Assembly: GCA_024346625.1 (NCBI GenBank)
Contig: AP024667.1
Location: 1,178,001-1,242,000 of the forward strand
Source of the DNA: Williopsis jadinii
Taxonomy: Eukaryota
Direction of reading: 5' to 3'
DNA length: 64,000 nt
How positions within the stretch are numbered: the stretch's first letter is position 1; each line of letters starts with the position of its first letter. The notes under the pieces are model-generated. The model made no database searches, was not told where the DNA came from, and worked only from the letters and a program-made list of their open reading frames with translations. The position numbers were made by a program, and so were the translations under genes. Shown here one piece after another: positions 20,006 through 30,749 of this stretch.

Positions 20006-22342
20006 ATGGCTGACTCTGTTGCGAGAATCACGTCAATGCTTGAGAAGGCTCGTAATCTCGGGCTAGAGGCTGCTGCTGCTGCGTCTGCAAGGTTGGCTGA
20101 TACACCAAAGGATCTCAGACCACAGGAGGTTTCAAAGCTTCTTAGCTCGAGCTCAGAAAGGGACATCTTAAAGGGACTGAAGTATGTCATATCATTGGTG
20201 TCTGGTGGTGAAGATGCAGCAGAATACTTTACCGACGTGGTCAAGAACGTTTCATCTTCCAACTTGAGCATTAGGAAACTGGTATATTCATACCTGCTGA
20301 GATACGCAGAAGAAGAGAATGACGTTGCTTTGCTATCGGTCAACGCAATACAGAAGTCAATTGGTGATAAGAACGAACAAGTCCGGGCTCTAGCTATTCG
20401 TGTCATGTCTGAGATCAGAATATCATCGATATACCAAATTGTTCTGTTGGGGATAAAGAAAAGTGTAAGCGACCCGTCACCAATTGTAAGAAGAGCCGCT
20501 GCAATCTCGGTAATCAACGTCTTTAACAACCATGGACCATCGTCAAAGGACGAACTGGTTGATTTTATCAAACAATTACTGAGAGATAAGGATCCACATG
20601 TTTTAGGCTCCGTAATTCTTGCATATAGAGTGGTCTGTCCAGATGATTACACTTTGCTACATGGTCATTTCCATCGAATCTGTTCTATGATGGGGGAGTT
20701 TGACGAATGGACAGCGATTTACTTCATTGAGATATTAACCAACTATTCTAGGCATTTCCTGCCAAAGCCAAAGATCATTAATACGGCGTCGATTGATCAT
20801 ACGTACATTGAACTTCCAGATAATTATAATGAGATTCCATTCCCCGTGTACGACGTGGAATTGGACCAAGATCTCAAGGAATTTCTCGATTCAATCAAAT
20901 CATCCGTCTACAGCAGAAACGAAGCTGTTATATTGGCCACAGCAAGGGCTTATTTCCACCTTACACCACCAAAAACTTTTAAAGAGGCGCAGGTTGCGCC
21001 AGCACTGGTTCGTTGTCTCTTGACGAGTCCACCAGAATCGCGTGTTTATATCCTTCAAAGTATTCTATACATGGCAATCCATGATCCAACAATCTTTGTC
21101 CAATATGAAAAGAGATTTTACCTTCTTCCAAGAGACAATGCATCTACAGCCGAGTTCAAATTGAAGGTATTGTCTGCAATTTGCAACGAAAATAACATTA
21201 AGAGTATCATCCATGAACTTCAATATTACTCATTACACTCTGAAGATCCTAGAATTTCCGTTGAAAGTGTTAAAGCTATTGGAGTTTGCTCTCAAATCAG
21301 TGAATATTGGAGCTCAAAGACCCTCAAATGGCTACTTAGCGAAGTTGTCAAGTCTGATAGAGACTCGTCAATCATTACAGAATTCCTGACAGTTATTAGA
21401 CATCTCGTGCAACACAATCCTGAAAACAACGTCAAGACAGTGGTTAAACTAGCGCATTTGTTAGATATCCAAGACTTGGATGATTCTGCAAAAGAGAGTA
21501 TCATTTGGCTAATAGGCGAATTCACTGAAATTGAACCACATATTGGGCCAGATGTGTTGAGAAAGCTGTTGAAAACTTTCACGTCAGAGACTTCAAGTGT
21601 AAGATATCAGACCATCCTTCTAGCGTCAAAGATTTATCTACATGAATTAGAGTACTACAAGAATACCTCTGGTGATGAAGAATTGAATAACTTTGACCGT
21701 GACTCCATTATATCACGTATGTTCAACTATGTTATGAAACTTGGCCGTTACGATGATGAATATGATACTAGAGATCGCTCACGGATGCTCTACACTCTCT
21801 TGAACTCAAAACATACACAACTTGCATCATTATTTCTACAGGCCCCAAAACCTGTTCCCTTGGTCACTTTGAGAAAAATCGGTGATCCGCTCTCCAAGAC
21901 TGATGATATTGTTGAATCACTCCCAGTTGATGATATTGTTAAATCTTACAATGTTCTTCCCCCATGGTGTGATAGTGCAAGTATTCCACCAAGCTCTATT
22001 AGAGAGCCAATTGAAGTAAAGGGTGATGTAAAGAGTATTGGACATAGTTTTGTCTCCTCAAGCTCTGTCAAACCAGAAAAGACGTTTGCTACACCACCAG
22101 TTGTTGAGAAAAAGTTCAAACTTCAAAGTCTTGATGATTTCTTCGCTGATGAACCAGCTAGACAGTCACCTGTTCATAGAAGGATTATTTATGAGGAAGA
22201 AACAGATTCTGATGAAGAAAGTGAGGAAGTTAGCAGCGAGGAGGAAAGTGATGACGATGATGAGGACGATGAGGGCGAGGAAGGCGAGGAAGAACAAGAA
22301 GAAGAGGATGAGGATAACGGAAAGTACGAAACTATTGAATAA
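20006..22342 (+). CDS. APL6: AP-3 adaptor complex beta subunit
   Basis: Adaptin N-terminal motifs YFTDVVKNV, RKLVYSYLLRYAE, ALLSVNAIQK, IIWLIGEF and RYDDEYDTRDRSR; acidic C-terminal tail. Confidence 0.9.
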   Translation: MADSVARITSMLEKARNLGLEAAAAASARLADTPKDLRPQEVSKLLSSSSERDILKGLKYVISLVSGGEDAAEYFTDVVKNVSSSNLSIRKLVYSYLLRYAEEENDVALLSVNAIQKSIGDKNEQVRALAIRVMSEIRISSIYQIVLLGIKKSVSDPSPIVRRAAAISVINVFNNHGPSSKDELVDFIKQLLRDKDPHVLGSVILAYRVVCPDDYTLLHGHFHRICSMMGEFDEWTAIYFIEILTNYSRHFLPKPKIINTASIDHTYIELPDNYNEIPFPVYDVELDQDLKEFLDSIKSSVYSRNEAVILATARAYFHLTPPKTFKEAQVAPALVRCLLTSPPESRVYILQSILYMAIHDPTIFVQYEKRFYLLPRDNASTAEFKLKVLSAICNENNIKSIIHELQYYSLHSEDPRISVESVKAIGVCSQISEYWSSKTLKWLLSEVVKSDRDSSIITEFLTVIRHLVQHNPENNVKTVVKLAHLLDIQDLDDSAKESIIWLIGEFTEIEPHIGPDVLRKLLKTFTSETSSVRYQTILLASKIYLHELEYYKNTSGDEELNNFDRDSIISRMFNYVMKLGRYDDEYDTRDRSRMLYTLLNSKHTQLASLFLQAPKPVPLVTLRKIGDPLSKTDDIVESLPVDDIVKSYNVLPPWCDSASIPPSSIREPIEVKGDVKSIGHSFVSSSSVKPEKTFATPPVVEKKFKLQSLDDFFADEPARQSPVHRRIIYEEETDSDEESEEVSSEEESDDDDEDDEGEEGEEEQEEEDEDNGKYETIE

Positions 22343-22434
22343 TACGTACAAGATAAAGCTGTCGAAATTAAACTGTGTTAAATTTATTACATTCTCTCTC
22401 TTATCAACTTAGTAACTGTACTATTACAGTTGAC

Positions 22435-25400
22435 TCAAATAACTGCATCAAAAAGATCTAGTCTATATTTCTCATCGTCAAGCTGTGGATAGTAAGGAAC
22501 AATAGAATCCAATTGCTGTACGTAAGCACTATTGTAAACTTTCCAAAATGGTTTTCTCACTTTCTTAGCAGGGTGGAACAACCCATTCCATACGTAATTC
22601 AGAAGCACACCTGGGCCGACTGAGTTTCTAATACCTTCAATACCTTCCAAGATTCTTGCAATGACATGGGGAGAGGTTTCATAAATGTTTGGCAATAGAA
22701 TGTTCAATAAATGGATAAATGCATCCTCATACCCAAGACCAACACAATCGATCGCAATTTGTCTTACTGCAGTTGCAGCAGTTTGTCTATGGACTTGATC
22801 TCTATCTGTGAGCGCATCTTCTAGAAGAGGAGTCACTGCATAGATGTAGTCCGCTGACATTACACCTATGTACTCAAACATAAAGGCCATAGCTTTCAAG
22901 ACACCATTTTGGACATGAATCTCTGGTGTTCTGTATTCATTCATTAATGCCGGTAGCACTGTGAAAGGTGAACATGTTTCAGCAACAATACCTATTGCCA
23001 CAGCAGTACAAACTCTCAATTGACGTTCTTGAACTCTCAGATTATTCAGCAAAGTCACTAACACATCTTGTGGGCCGATTGCGTTTGCAATGTAGCCAAA
23101 TGTCTTGTTTGTGGTCTTTCTGATACTTTTTTTCGGACTTTTCAACATGTCAATAAGTTCAAAGCAGATACGCATCCATTCCTTTGGTGAAACAAACTCT
23201 GCTCCTTTGTCTGCTATAAGACCCACAAGACCAATTGAGTTTTCCTGGACCTTTTCGTGTCTATTTCTCAATATCGGAGTAACAGTTGGCAGAATCTGAT
23301 TCGCTGGTGGTTTAATATCATTGATACCAACGACAGTGGCAATGGCCTTTAAAGCTCCTAGCAAAGACCCCAAAACCTCTGGATACACCTCGCCTAATGA
23401 TTCATATAATACTGTTGATAATTTTCCCAAAATTTCAATCTCATCACATGATTTTAATGTAGGTGCAATGAGTGAGATCAAATCAGCAGCCTGCTGGCGT
23501 ATCTCTGGTGTTTTATTTTTCAGCCTATGCAAGATAATGGTAACAATAGCTCCGACAAATGGTTTGACCCTTGAATCCATGGAAGAGATTGTTGCAGCAA
23601 CACCGTGAAGAATCGCACCGTCCATTGTAGTCTGTTCCTGAAAAGCCACAAGCATACCATCGATTAATCTCTCCTCTGTTCTCTCAGTTAATCCAGTTGA
23701 TCCCAAATTTACCACAGCTTGGTGGATTGTCTCAACTGCCATTTTACGGAATGGTTCAGATTCATCTTTCAAAGTAGCCAAGAGACGAGATATGACTTCC
23801 TGTGTACCAACTCTTCCCGCCAACACCACAGAAGTTTCCACCACTGATTTTGAAATACGACGATCCAATGCAATCCTTCTTACCCAAAAGTTTTGGAAAA
23901 AAGCCGGAACCAAATTAGTTTGTAACAGCTTTATTTCTACTCCATTCGTAGCGACACATTGTCTAATAACATCCAACACTGTCTTCTTCATTTCGTCATC
24001 AGGAGAGCTGAATTCACGCACAAGAACTCTCGTCAATTCTCTTGTATAATAGCTTGCATAATCAGAGTCCATCAATGGTATCATATTACCCAAACACCTG
24101 AGGAAAGCAGCCAGACCTTTACCTCTGTGTCTACGTATACCGTTCCAAATAGGCTCGAGCGTATCTTCAAAGGATTCAATACCATATGGTGCGGATGATT
24201 CTGCCAGCGCAGACAATGCCTGAGCAGTAATAATTCTCACGGATAATTGTTCATCTGTTAACCCATTTATCAAGCAATCAACTAATCCGTTTAAATGTGG
24301 TAGTACTCCACATCTTACCAAAATTGCAATCTGTTGGATGGTTTTGATACCAGTGTGACGAGCTTGCCATGATTTCTTAGAGTGGCATACCGCATTCAAG
24401 AAGGGTAACAAAGCAGGTATTCCCAATGAACTTGCAACCACTGCCAATGCCCTTGATGTAGTATTTCTAACGTATTCATCGTCATGGTCAATATCTGGTC
24501 GTATTGTCAAAATCATATGCTGTAGACCAGCAGCCTTTGCCAAATTGGATATTATTTCACGTCCTTCTTTTCTAGTGAGGTAGTCTTGGTCTATCAACAG
24601 CGGTGATATGACAACAAGAATCTTATGAGTATAAGGTCTAATCATATCATCAAGGCGATATAAAACCCTATCAACAACTTTAACCAATAGATGTCTTTCC
24701 TGGTCACTTAGTGACTTCTCCAAAAGTAATGGCAGGATTTGGTTAAACAGTGCCTTCGCACCAAAAGTTGTAGCGTTATCCATAATCTGTCTCATGGCAA
24801 CTTTACGAGAGGCTGGCGTGCCGTTTTTAACTCTCAGTAACAGTCTCATGATTTTTCTCTCTTTCAACTCATCTACAGATAGATCCTTTTCATCTTTGTT
24901 GTCCAGAAGCTTACCAAAATATTTGGAATCCTGTTCTTTGAAGAATTGAAGGTCCTTGACTCCGGGTACTTCAGTTACGAGAGACTCTCGTATCAGCGCT
25001 TTCGAGACCCTTGTTTCCTCTGGAATGACATATCCCTCAGTCTCAACCATCGCCAAATCTTCAGCTTTCTGGTGTATTTTCTTCACCTGCCTTTCATCGC
25101 CTTCACCATCACCAGCGCCTTGCCCTTCCCCTTCCGCACCAACATCCCACCTTCTCTTACGAGCTTTTCTTCTCGGTGGTGTCTTATCACCATCGCCATC
25201 CTCTGCCTTTGGACCTTCCTCCTTCTCAGCATCTCTACTACGTACCTTCAGTTCAGCTCCCGATCTGTTCTCCTTCTCTCTCAACTCCGCCAATTGTTCA
25301 TCAGTAAGCGACGGGTCTCTCTCTGGCGATAGTTCTCTCTCAAACCGTCTCTTGTGATAATCCGACACATCCTGTGCCCAACGAGACTTCCTCTCGGATA

Positions 25401-25467
25401 GCGGATCAAAGTCCTCTCCCTCACGCACCAAAGACTCTATCTCCTTCTGTTGAATACTCATCGTCAC
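22435..25467 (-). CDS. HSH155: U2 snRNP SF3b subunit 1 (SF3B1)
   Basis: [56 protein letters not shown] and [14 protein letters not shown]-repeat motifs. Confidence 0.97.
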   Translation of the reverse strand: MTMSIQQKEIESLVREGEDFDPLSERKSRWAQDVSDYHKRRFERELSPERDPSLTDEQLAELREKENRSGAELKVRSRDAEKEEGPKAEDGDGDKTPPRRKARKRRWDVGAEGEGQGAGDGEGDERQVKKIHQKAEDLAMVETEGYVIPEETRVSKALIRESLVTEVPGVKDLQFFKEQDSKYFGKLLDNKDEKDLSVDELKERKIMRLLLRVKNGTPASRKVAMRQIMDNATTFGAKALFNQILPLLLEKSLSDQERHLLVKVVDRVLYRLDDMIRPYTHKILVVISPLLIDQDYLTRKEGREIISNLAKAAGLQHMILTIRPDIDHDDEYVRNTTSRALAVVASSLGIPALLPFLNAVCHSKKSWQARHTGIKTIQQIAILVRCGVLPHLNGLVDCLINGLTDEQLSVRIITAQALSALAESSAPYGIESFEDTLEPIWNGIRRHRGKGLAAFLRCLGNMIPLMDSDYASYYTRELTRVLVREFSSPDDEMKKTVLDVIRQCVATNGVEIKLLQTNLVPAFFQNFWVRRIALDRRISKSVVETSVVLAGRVGTQEVISRLLATLKDESEPFRKMAVETIHQAVVNLGSTGLTERTEERLIDGMLVAFQEQTTMDGAILHGVAATISSMDSRVKPFVGAIVTIILHRLKNKTPEIRQQAADLISLIAPTLKSCDEIEILGKLSTVLYESLGEVYPEVLGSLLGALKAIATVVGINDIKPPANQILPTVTPILRNRHEKVQENSIGLVGLIADKGAEFVSPKEWMRICFELIDMLKSPKKSIRKTTNKTFGYIANAIGPQDVLVTLLNNLRVQERQLRVCTAVAIGIVAETCSPFTVLPALMNEYRTPEIHVQNGVLKAMAFMFEYIGVMSADYIYAVTPLLEDALTDRDQVHRQTAATAVRQIAIDCVGLGYEDAFIHLLNILLPNIYETSPHVIARILEGIEGIRNSVGPGVLLNYVWNGLFHPAKKVRKPFWKVYNSAYVQQLDSIVPYYPQLDDEKYRLDLFDAVI

Positions 25468-25784
25468 AGAGCTTGAATCCTGCCTTTTTGTGTTTGTTTA
25501 CCAAAATATCAAGAAGGCACTGAAGTTCTTCTGTTTGTGAAGCGCAGCGCCAGCGCCAGGAAGGAAAAAGTATTTGAAATCCGGTGCATGTTTTTTTTGT
25601 TCTCTAATCGTTTGAGTCCTCGGAAGTCTACTCCCCCTTCATTTACGGCCCGATGAGCTCGGAATTCATCGTTCCCCATTAGGAAGTAGGAATCGGCCCT
25701 TTGGACACATATTCAACAACGTTCAATGTGCGCTTAAGTCTCAATCTTCGGTCAGTGTCACGGGAGAGAACGGTTTCTGGGAAG

Positions 25785-27578
25785 ATGTTATGGCGGAGTG
25801 TACTCAATCTGCTTCTGCCTTTGTCAGCTGTCTGTGAAGAGCTGAATAGCGCAGCGTATGAACCACGCGCAATAGAGTACCCATATGAAGAGACTCTCGA
25901 TATAACGCCTCTACCGAAAAACCACCTTTTCACGTCGTTCCAGTTCAAGTTGGAATCAGAGGAGACTGAAATATCGCCATCATCACATGTAGCGAGCTAC
26001 AAGGCATTCCCAAAGTCATTGGCTCCTATCTTAAAGACAACTAATACAAGGGAATTACACCTAAGGTTCGGCCAAGGTTGGTGGGACTCTGAGCATTGGG
26101 GACAGCTTCCAAACCATGGTGAAACAGCTGGTGGTTCTGGTGTTGAAGTCTGGGCTGTGATTGAATCCTCAGATTCAGCACACGCTTTCAAAGAATGGTT
26201 GAAGCTCGTGAACTTGCTATCAGGGTTGTTTTGTGCTTCTTTGAACTTCATTACCGAGGAGAACACCGTTTTCCCTTTGAGATCATTCCTTCCGAAGGAT
26301 GATATCCCACTTTTCGATCAGAGTAACGGCTTATTTCTCTTAAGAGCAGCACTACCATCTGAACCTGTTTGTACTGAAAACCTCACGCCTTTCGTGAAGT
26401 TCTTACCAACAAGAGGTAAAGAAGGGCTGGCTTCTCTCTTGGATGGCCATAGAATATTTGAATCTGAATGGCACATGATCTCCATAGATGTTGAGACTGT
26501 GTGTGATGAGGAGCACTCCACGTGCAAGTACAGTATGCAACAGAAGGTTGATGCCGTTGTTGATGTTCAGAGAGCACTCAGAAGAGTGTCGAATCCAATT
26601 CCAAAACCAGTGACTGGAGATGAGTTGGTGTGCGATTCTAAGAAACCAATTGACGCATTCCAATGCTTTGCAATCAATCAAAAGACCAAAACTAAATTCA
26701 GCTTGAATGAAATCTTTGGACGTACGATTAAGAACGGCTCTCACCTAGGCCGTAAACAATCAAAAGTTTGTGTCCATGCTCTTCCACATTGGAATGTGTT
26801 CCTTGTCAATAACGGTGACCTTTTTGGGACTGGTGATAACTGCTTCGACCTGGACACGGGAAATTACAACATCCTTATCAAAACAGATAATACCTTTGAA
26901 GTGATGCCCGTGAGCCGAGTACCAGTTCTTGTGTCCAGGTCCATGACAGGCTATGGTTTGGATAAAGGTGGGTTAAGAACAGTATTCCAGAATAACTTAG
27001 ATGTTGAAGCTCAGATCATCTATTTAGAAACTTTACCATGGTTTATGAGGATCTACCTCCAAAGTTTGACCATCACAGGTGCAGAAAAGGATGAGGTCAT
27101 CAAATCGATCTACTACCAACCTGAGATTGATCGTCAGCGTCCAACTCACTTGGAATTTGAAATTGTGCTACCACCAAACTCAACAATCACAATGGCTTAT
27201 CAATTTGACAAGTCTCTTCTTTTAATTGCTGAATACCCACCAGATGCTAACCACGGATTCTCAGTAGAACCTGGTATGGTGAGGGTCTTTGAACCACTCG
27301 ACTATCAAGTGAGAACTTCTCCAGATTTGTTAACGCTACCAACACCTGATTTCAGTATGCCTTACAACGTTATCATCTTTACAGCTACTGTCATGTCCTT
27401 GACTTTTGGAACAGTATTTAACCTCCTGTTCAAGCGAACTGTGCCAGAGAAAGATGCTGATCTCGTGTCTGCTGAACTTGATCCAAAGGTTAAGATTAAG
27501 GCAAAGATTCAAAATCTCAAGCAACGCATTCGTTCTATTCTGCACAAAGATACATCAACGAATGAAGGAAAATCATAA
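25785..27578 (+). CDS. GPI16: GPI transamidase subunit (PIG-T)
   Basis: First ATG at 25785 gives a signal peptide MLWRSVLNLLLPLSAVC. Motifs ELHLRFGQGWWDSEHWG, LSGLFCASLNFI, EPVCTENLTPF, EYPPDANHGF and LPTPDFSMPYNVII, then a TM helix. Confidence 0.95.
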   Translation: MLWRSVLNLLLPLSAVCEELNSAAYEPRAIEYPYEETLDITPLPKNHLFTSFQFKLESEETEISPSSHVASYKAFPKSLAPILKTTNTRELHLRFGQGWWDSEHWGQLPNHGETAGGSGVEVWAVIESSDSAHAFKEWLKLVNLLSGLFCASLNFITEENTVFPLRSFLPKDDIPLFDQSNGLFLLRAALPSEPVCTENLTPFVKFLPTRGKEGLASLLDGHRIFESEWHMISIDVETVCDEEHSTCKYSMQQKVDAVVDVQRALRRVSNPIPKPVTGDELVCDSKKPIDAFQCFAINQKTKTKFSLNEIFGRTIKNGSHLGRKQSKVCVHALPHWNVFLVNNGDLFGTGDNCFDLDTGNYNILIKTDNTFEVMPVSRVPVLVSRSMTGYGLDKGGLRTVFQNNLDVEAQIIYLETLPWFMRIYLQSLTITGAEKDEVIKSIYYQPEIDRQRPTHLEFEIVLPPNSTITMAYQFDKSLLLIAEYPPDANHGFSVEPGMVRVFEPLDYQVRTSPDLLTLPTPDFSMPYNVIIFTATVMSLTFGTVFNLLFKRTVPEKDADLVSAELDPKVKIKAKIQNLKQRIRSILHKDTSTNEGKS

Positions 27579-27618
27579 CTATACAATAGCTCCTCTTTTT
27601 CATTTATTAAAATCTCCA

Positions 27619-30084
27619 TTATTTTAACTCTTGTTCGATGTCCTTCATTATAGATACTAAGTTAGAATCATTACTTTCCAACCATTCCTCCAGAACTTTA
27701 AGACATTGCTGAAGTTTGTTTGTCAACGGCAACTCTCCATGAAGCTTTGAATTGATTAAAATGTCAAGCAAATGATTCCAAATATCCTGTTGCCAATATC
27801 TCTTTATTGGATTCACCAAGACGTGTTTTTCACCATCAAACTTGGTCTCGATAAATGTACCAAACAACATGGTGTGTATTATACTTGCAATACCGTAGTA
27901 GTCTGCTTGATATGTCCATGTTGATTGATTTCTCATTTCTGGGCAATCTTGGTTATCAGTGTCCCAGTTTGACTTGAACTCAACATTTTTAGGGAATAGT
28001 GTCATATCAATGGATCTTCCAAAATCAATGAGCTTTATTCCAGTGTTTTTCCAACCTTTTGATCTGTCATTTTCATAGCCAGCTCTGAATTTAAGCATAC
28101 AATTATCAGCTTTCAAGTCACCATGCATAATACCTACCTCATGAAGAGAAGTAATAACTCTAATCAACTCACAAGTGAAAAACATCACCAACGATTCATC
28201 CATTTTCCTTCCTGAGGTCTTGAACAAATTGACAACGTCTAATATCGTACCTTTACGAATATACTCCAAAACCAAATAGCTCTCATCATCATAGACATGG
28301 ATCTCAGACTGTGAGACAATTGAATCGAGAGTATCCCTACCCTTGAGCCTTGTCTCAATCTGTCTTAATATGTAAAACTCCCAAGGAGTTGATGGTCTTT
28401 GACATTTTATAGCTTTGAAATCGCCAATCATACTTTCAGCTAGATAAACGCATGCAAATCCACCTTCACCAAGGAGACACTTCAAATTGAAAGGGTCCTT
28501 TGTTCCTTCAAACTCCACAAAGACGTGCCTAGATTGTTTGATGTTAAGAGACTTTTTCAATAGAGAGCACATATTCATCGTCTTCTTGTAACGGTAAAAC
28601 CCCTTGTACGTATTCAAAGATGGATTCAAATTTTCAAGCAACATCTCCTTGAAAGACTCATCTGCAGGGTTCACAACACACTTCTTTTTTATAATACTCT
28701 CTACGCCTGCCAATTCATCCCTTTTCCTCTTTGTATGTTCGGTCACCTTTTCAGTCAAATCATTAATTGAGACTTCTGCAACATTCTCGGTAAAGTCATC
28801 ATATATCAGCCCCAGATCTTTAGTATCATCATCTCTGTTGATATTCTCAGCACTCTGGTCTCCAAACATCGCGTTGATTTCATCTTTGGCTTGCTTGGTG
28901 TAAAACGTTGCTGTTGGGGAGGCAGGTTTCTTAAGCTCCTCCTTGTTCAAATGTATTGTCTCGTCATATTGTGCTCTTCTGACTTGGGTGACAAGTGACT
29001 TGAACCGAGGTGAGTCATCCAAGTTTGATGCTTGGGTCTTGGTTCTGTAGACTCCTTTCATTATCGCTAACACTTCTTGAACACAGAATTCTTCATCATC
29101 ATTGTACAGCAAATCAAAGTTTAAGTCAACTTTCTCCCTCTTTTTCCCAGGAACTTCGATAACCTTATACACAGGTCCACTCGGTAAGTCGCTTGAGTCT
29201 TGGAACACCGATACCTTCATCCCCTTGGGCTTCCCAGAGTATTCTTCCTGGGGTAAAGTTTCTCCAACCCAAGTGGAGGGTAAAACTTTATTCTCCTTGT
29301 TTCTTTCAAATGCCGTTCCAAGGTTTCCCCATTCTATCATGTGCTCGTCTTCGTGTCCATCATCGTTATCGGTGAAGATCTCAATCTTTTTTTGCGGTTT
29401 TGGTTCCTTATGCGATGAGGCAAACAGAGATGTTCCACTTTTGACTGAAAGCACAGACCTTGAAGGAAAAACAGGAGATGTCGGTTCCATCGTGGTGTCC
29501 TTTGCTTCAAGTCTCATTCTGAACTCGTTAAATCTTTTCTGGAGCCTTTTAAGAGGTCTAGCTTCTTGTCCAAGACCCTCTTGATAAACCTGTTCTGCCT
29601 GTACATTGCGATCACTGGTTTCTAGATAATTGGCGTACTCCTCATAATACGTTGCGAGATGCTTACCGATCTCCTTTCTGGCAAGATATAAAAAGATGTC
29701 GCGTGGATTCTCGGAATACTTTGCATAGCTCAACCAGACTTGTAGATAACGTGGATCATTCTTGTAGTAGGGAACGTCCCTGAACTGCGATGTGCATCTC
29801 TCCATTATTTGAATGAGCCCACTTTCCACTGAAGGTCCTGCAGGGTAGTTCCTCTTCACCCATTCAATATACTCCAAGTATGGCTCTATTGGATCATCAA
29901 GCTCATCAATTTTCTCCAACTTTTCCTCTATCAATGACCGCTCATAATCCTGTTGACCTTTTAGTTGTTTCACCTCTGTACTGAACAGCTTTGTCAACGC
30001 CATGGCTGAACGCCCATCCTTGGAAGGCTCAATGTTTTCCTTTTGGTTTTCAATAAGTGAGAAATCCACCGGCTCTTCGTTCAT
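27619..30084 (-). CDS. BUB1: Spindle checkpoint kinase Bub1 (fused Mad3/Bub1 type)
   Basis: ATG at 30084. IENQKENIEP KEN box, TPR region (LDDPIEPYLEYIEW, YKNDPRYL), second KEN (RNKENK), GLEBS-like EEFCVQEVLA, SPT motif and kinase domain (LGEGGFACVY, HGDLKADN, IDFGRSID). Confidence 0.94.
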   Translation of the reverse strand: MNEEPVDFSLIENQKENIEPSKDGRSAMALTKLFSTEVKQLKGQQDYERSLIEEKLEKIDELDDPIEPYLEYIEWVKRNYPAGPSVESGLIQIMERCTSQFRDVPYYKNDPRYLQVWLSYAKYSENPRDIFLYLARKEIGKHLATYYEEYANYLETSDRNVQAEQVYQEGLGQEARPLKRLQKRFNEFRMRLEAKDTTMEPTSPVFPSRSVLSVKSGTSLFASSHKEPKPQKKIEIFTDNDDGHEDEHMIEWGNLGTAFERNKENKVLPSTWVGETLPQEEYSGKPKGMKVSVFQDSSDLPSGPVYKVIEVPGKKREKVDLNFDLLYNDDEEFCVQEVLAIMKGVYRTKTQASNLDDSPRFKSLVTQVRRAQYDETIHLNKEELKKPASPTATFYTKQAKDEINAMFGDQSAENINRDDDTKDLGLIYDDFTENVAEVSINDLTEKVTEHTKRKRDELAGVESIIKKKCVVNPADESFKEMLLENLNPSLNTYKGFYRYKKTMNMCSLLKKSLNIKQSRHVFVEFEGTKDPFNLKCLLGEGGFACVYLAESMIGDFKAIKCQRPSTPWEFYILRQIETRLKGRDTLDSIVSQSEIHVYDDESYLVLEYIRKGTILDVVNLFKTSGRKMDESLVMFFTCELIRVITSLHEVGIMHGDLKADNCMLKFRAGYENDRSKGWKNTGIKLIDFGRSIDMTLFPKNVEFKSNWDTDNQDCPEMRNQSTWTYQADYYGIASIIHTMLFGTFIETKFDGEKHVLVNPIKRYWQQDIWNHLLDILINSKLHGELPLTNKLQQCLKVLEEWLESNDSNLVSIMKDIEQELK

Positions 30085-30749
30085 TATCAGTCCCTTTCTA
30101 TGTGGAGAATAAGGGGATGCAGAGAACTTGGTTACTTTATACCGCGTTAACAACCCGTAGTTGTTTTTGTTTACTTTTCAAGTTGTTTTGAATTTGGTGT
30201 GAGGATGTTCCATTTTGTTGTCTTTTGAACCGTTACCACGACAACGGCCGTTATATGAAACTGGTGTCCAGGTGTTAGTCTTCGTCAATGGCACCTTCAT
30301 TTCAATATAAATCACATTAAAAGTAATTTAATTAAATAGATGTGAGTACTAATTGCACTTTGCTTCCTTTGTCTGGTCATGCAAATTAAAGAAATTAGCT
30401 GTTATTTGATATTAATTCAAGGTAAAAGTTCGGAATTACTATCCAAGTTGTAGTAATATTATAAATGAGATTTTAAAATGGTATTCTCTAGTATCAATTC
30501 ATCAATAATGATGAAAAAATTCTCCAGAATGGTGATACTTTACCATCTAATATACTTATTGAAGGAGTAAATGTCACAAATACAGACAAAATCTTACATA
30601 TTATTTAGATAGTTTTGCAGAAACCAAAAAAGAATTTGAAAACGTATCCCCCATATCTAACAGGATCTACAACATGAAAACACATAGAGGTTGTAAATAT
30701 CACAGTCATATGAATTTTAGAATCATAACGTATAAGTCAAGAACAAAAT

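Noticed and set aside
25701..25784. N-terminal extensions in the ORF track for GPI16 (also BUB1 30085-30153 and YAP1 54412-54462)
   Set aside because: They start at TTG codons; the first ATG gives the expected N-terminus in each case.
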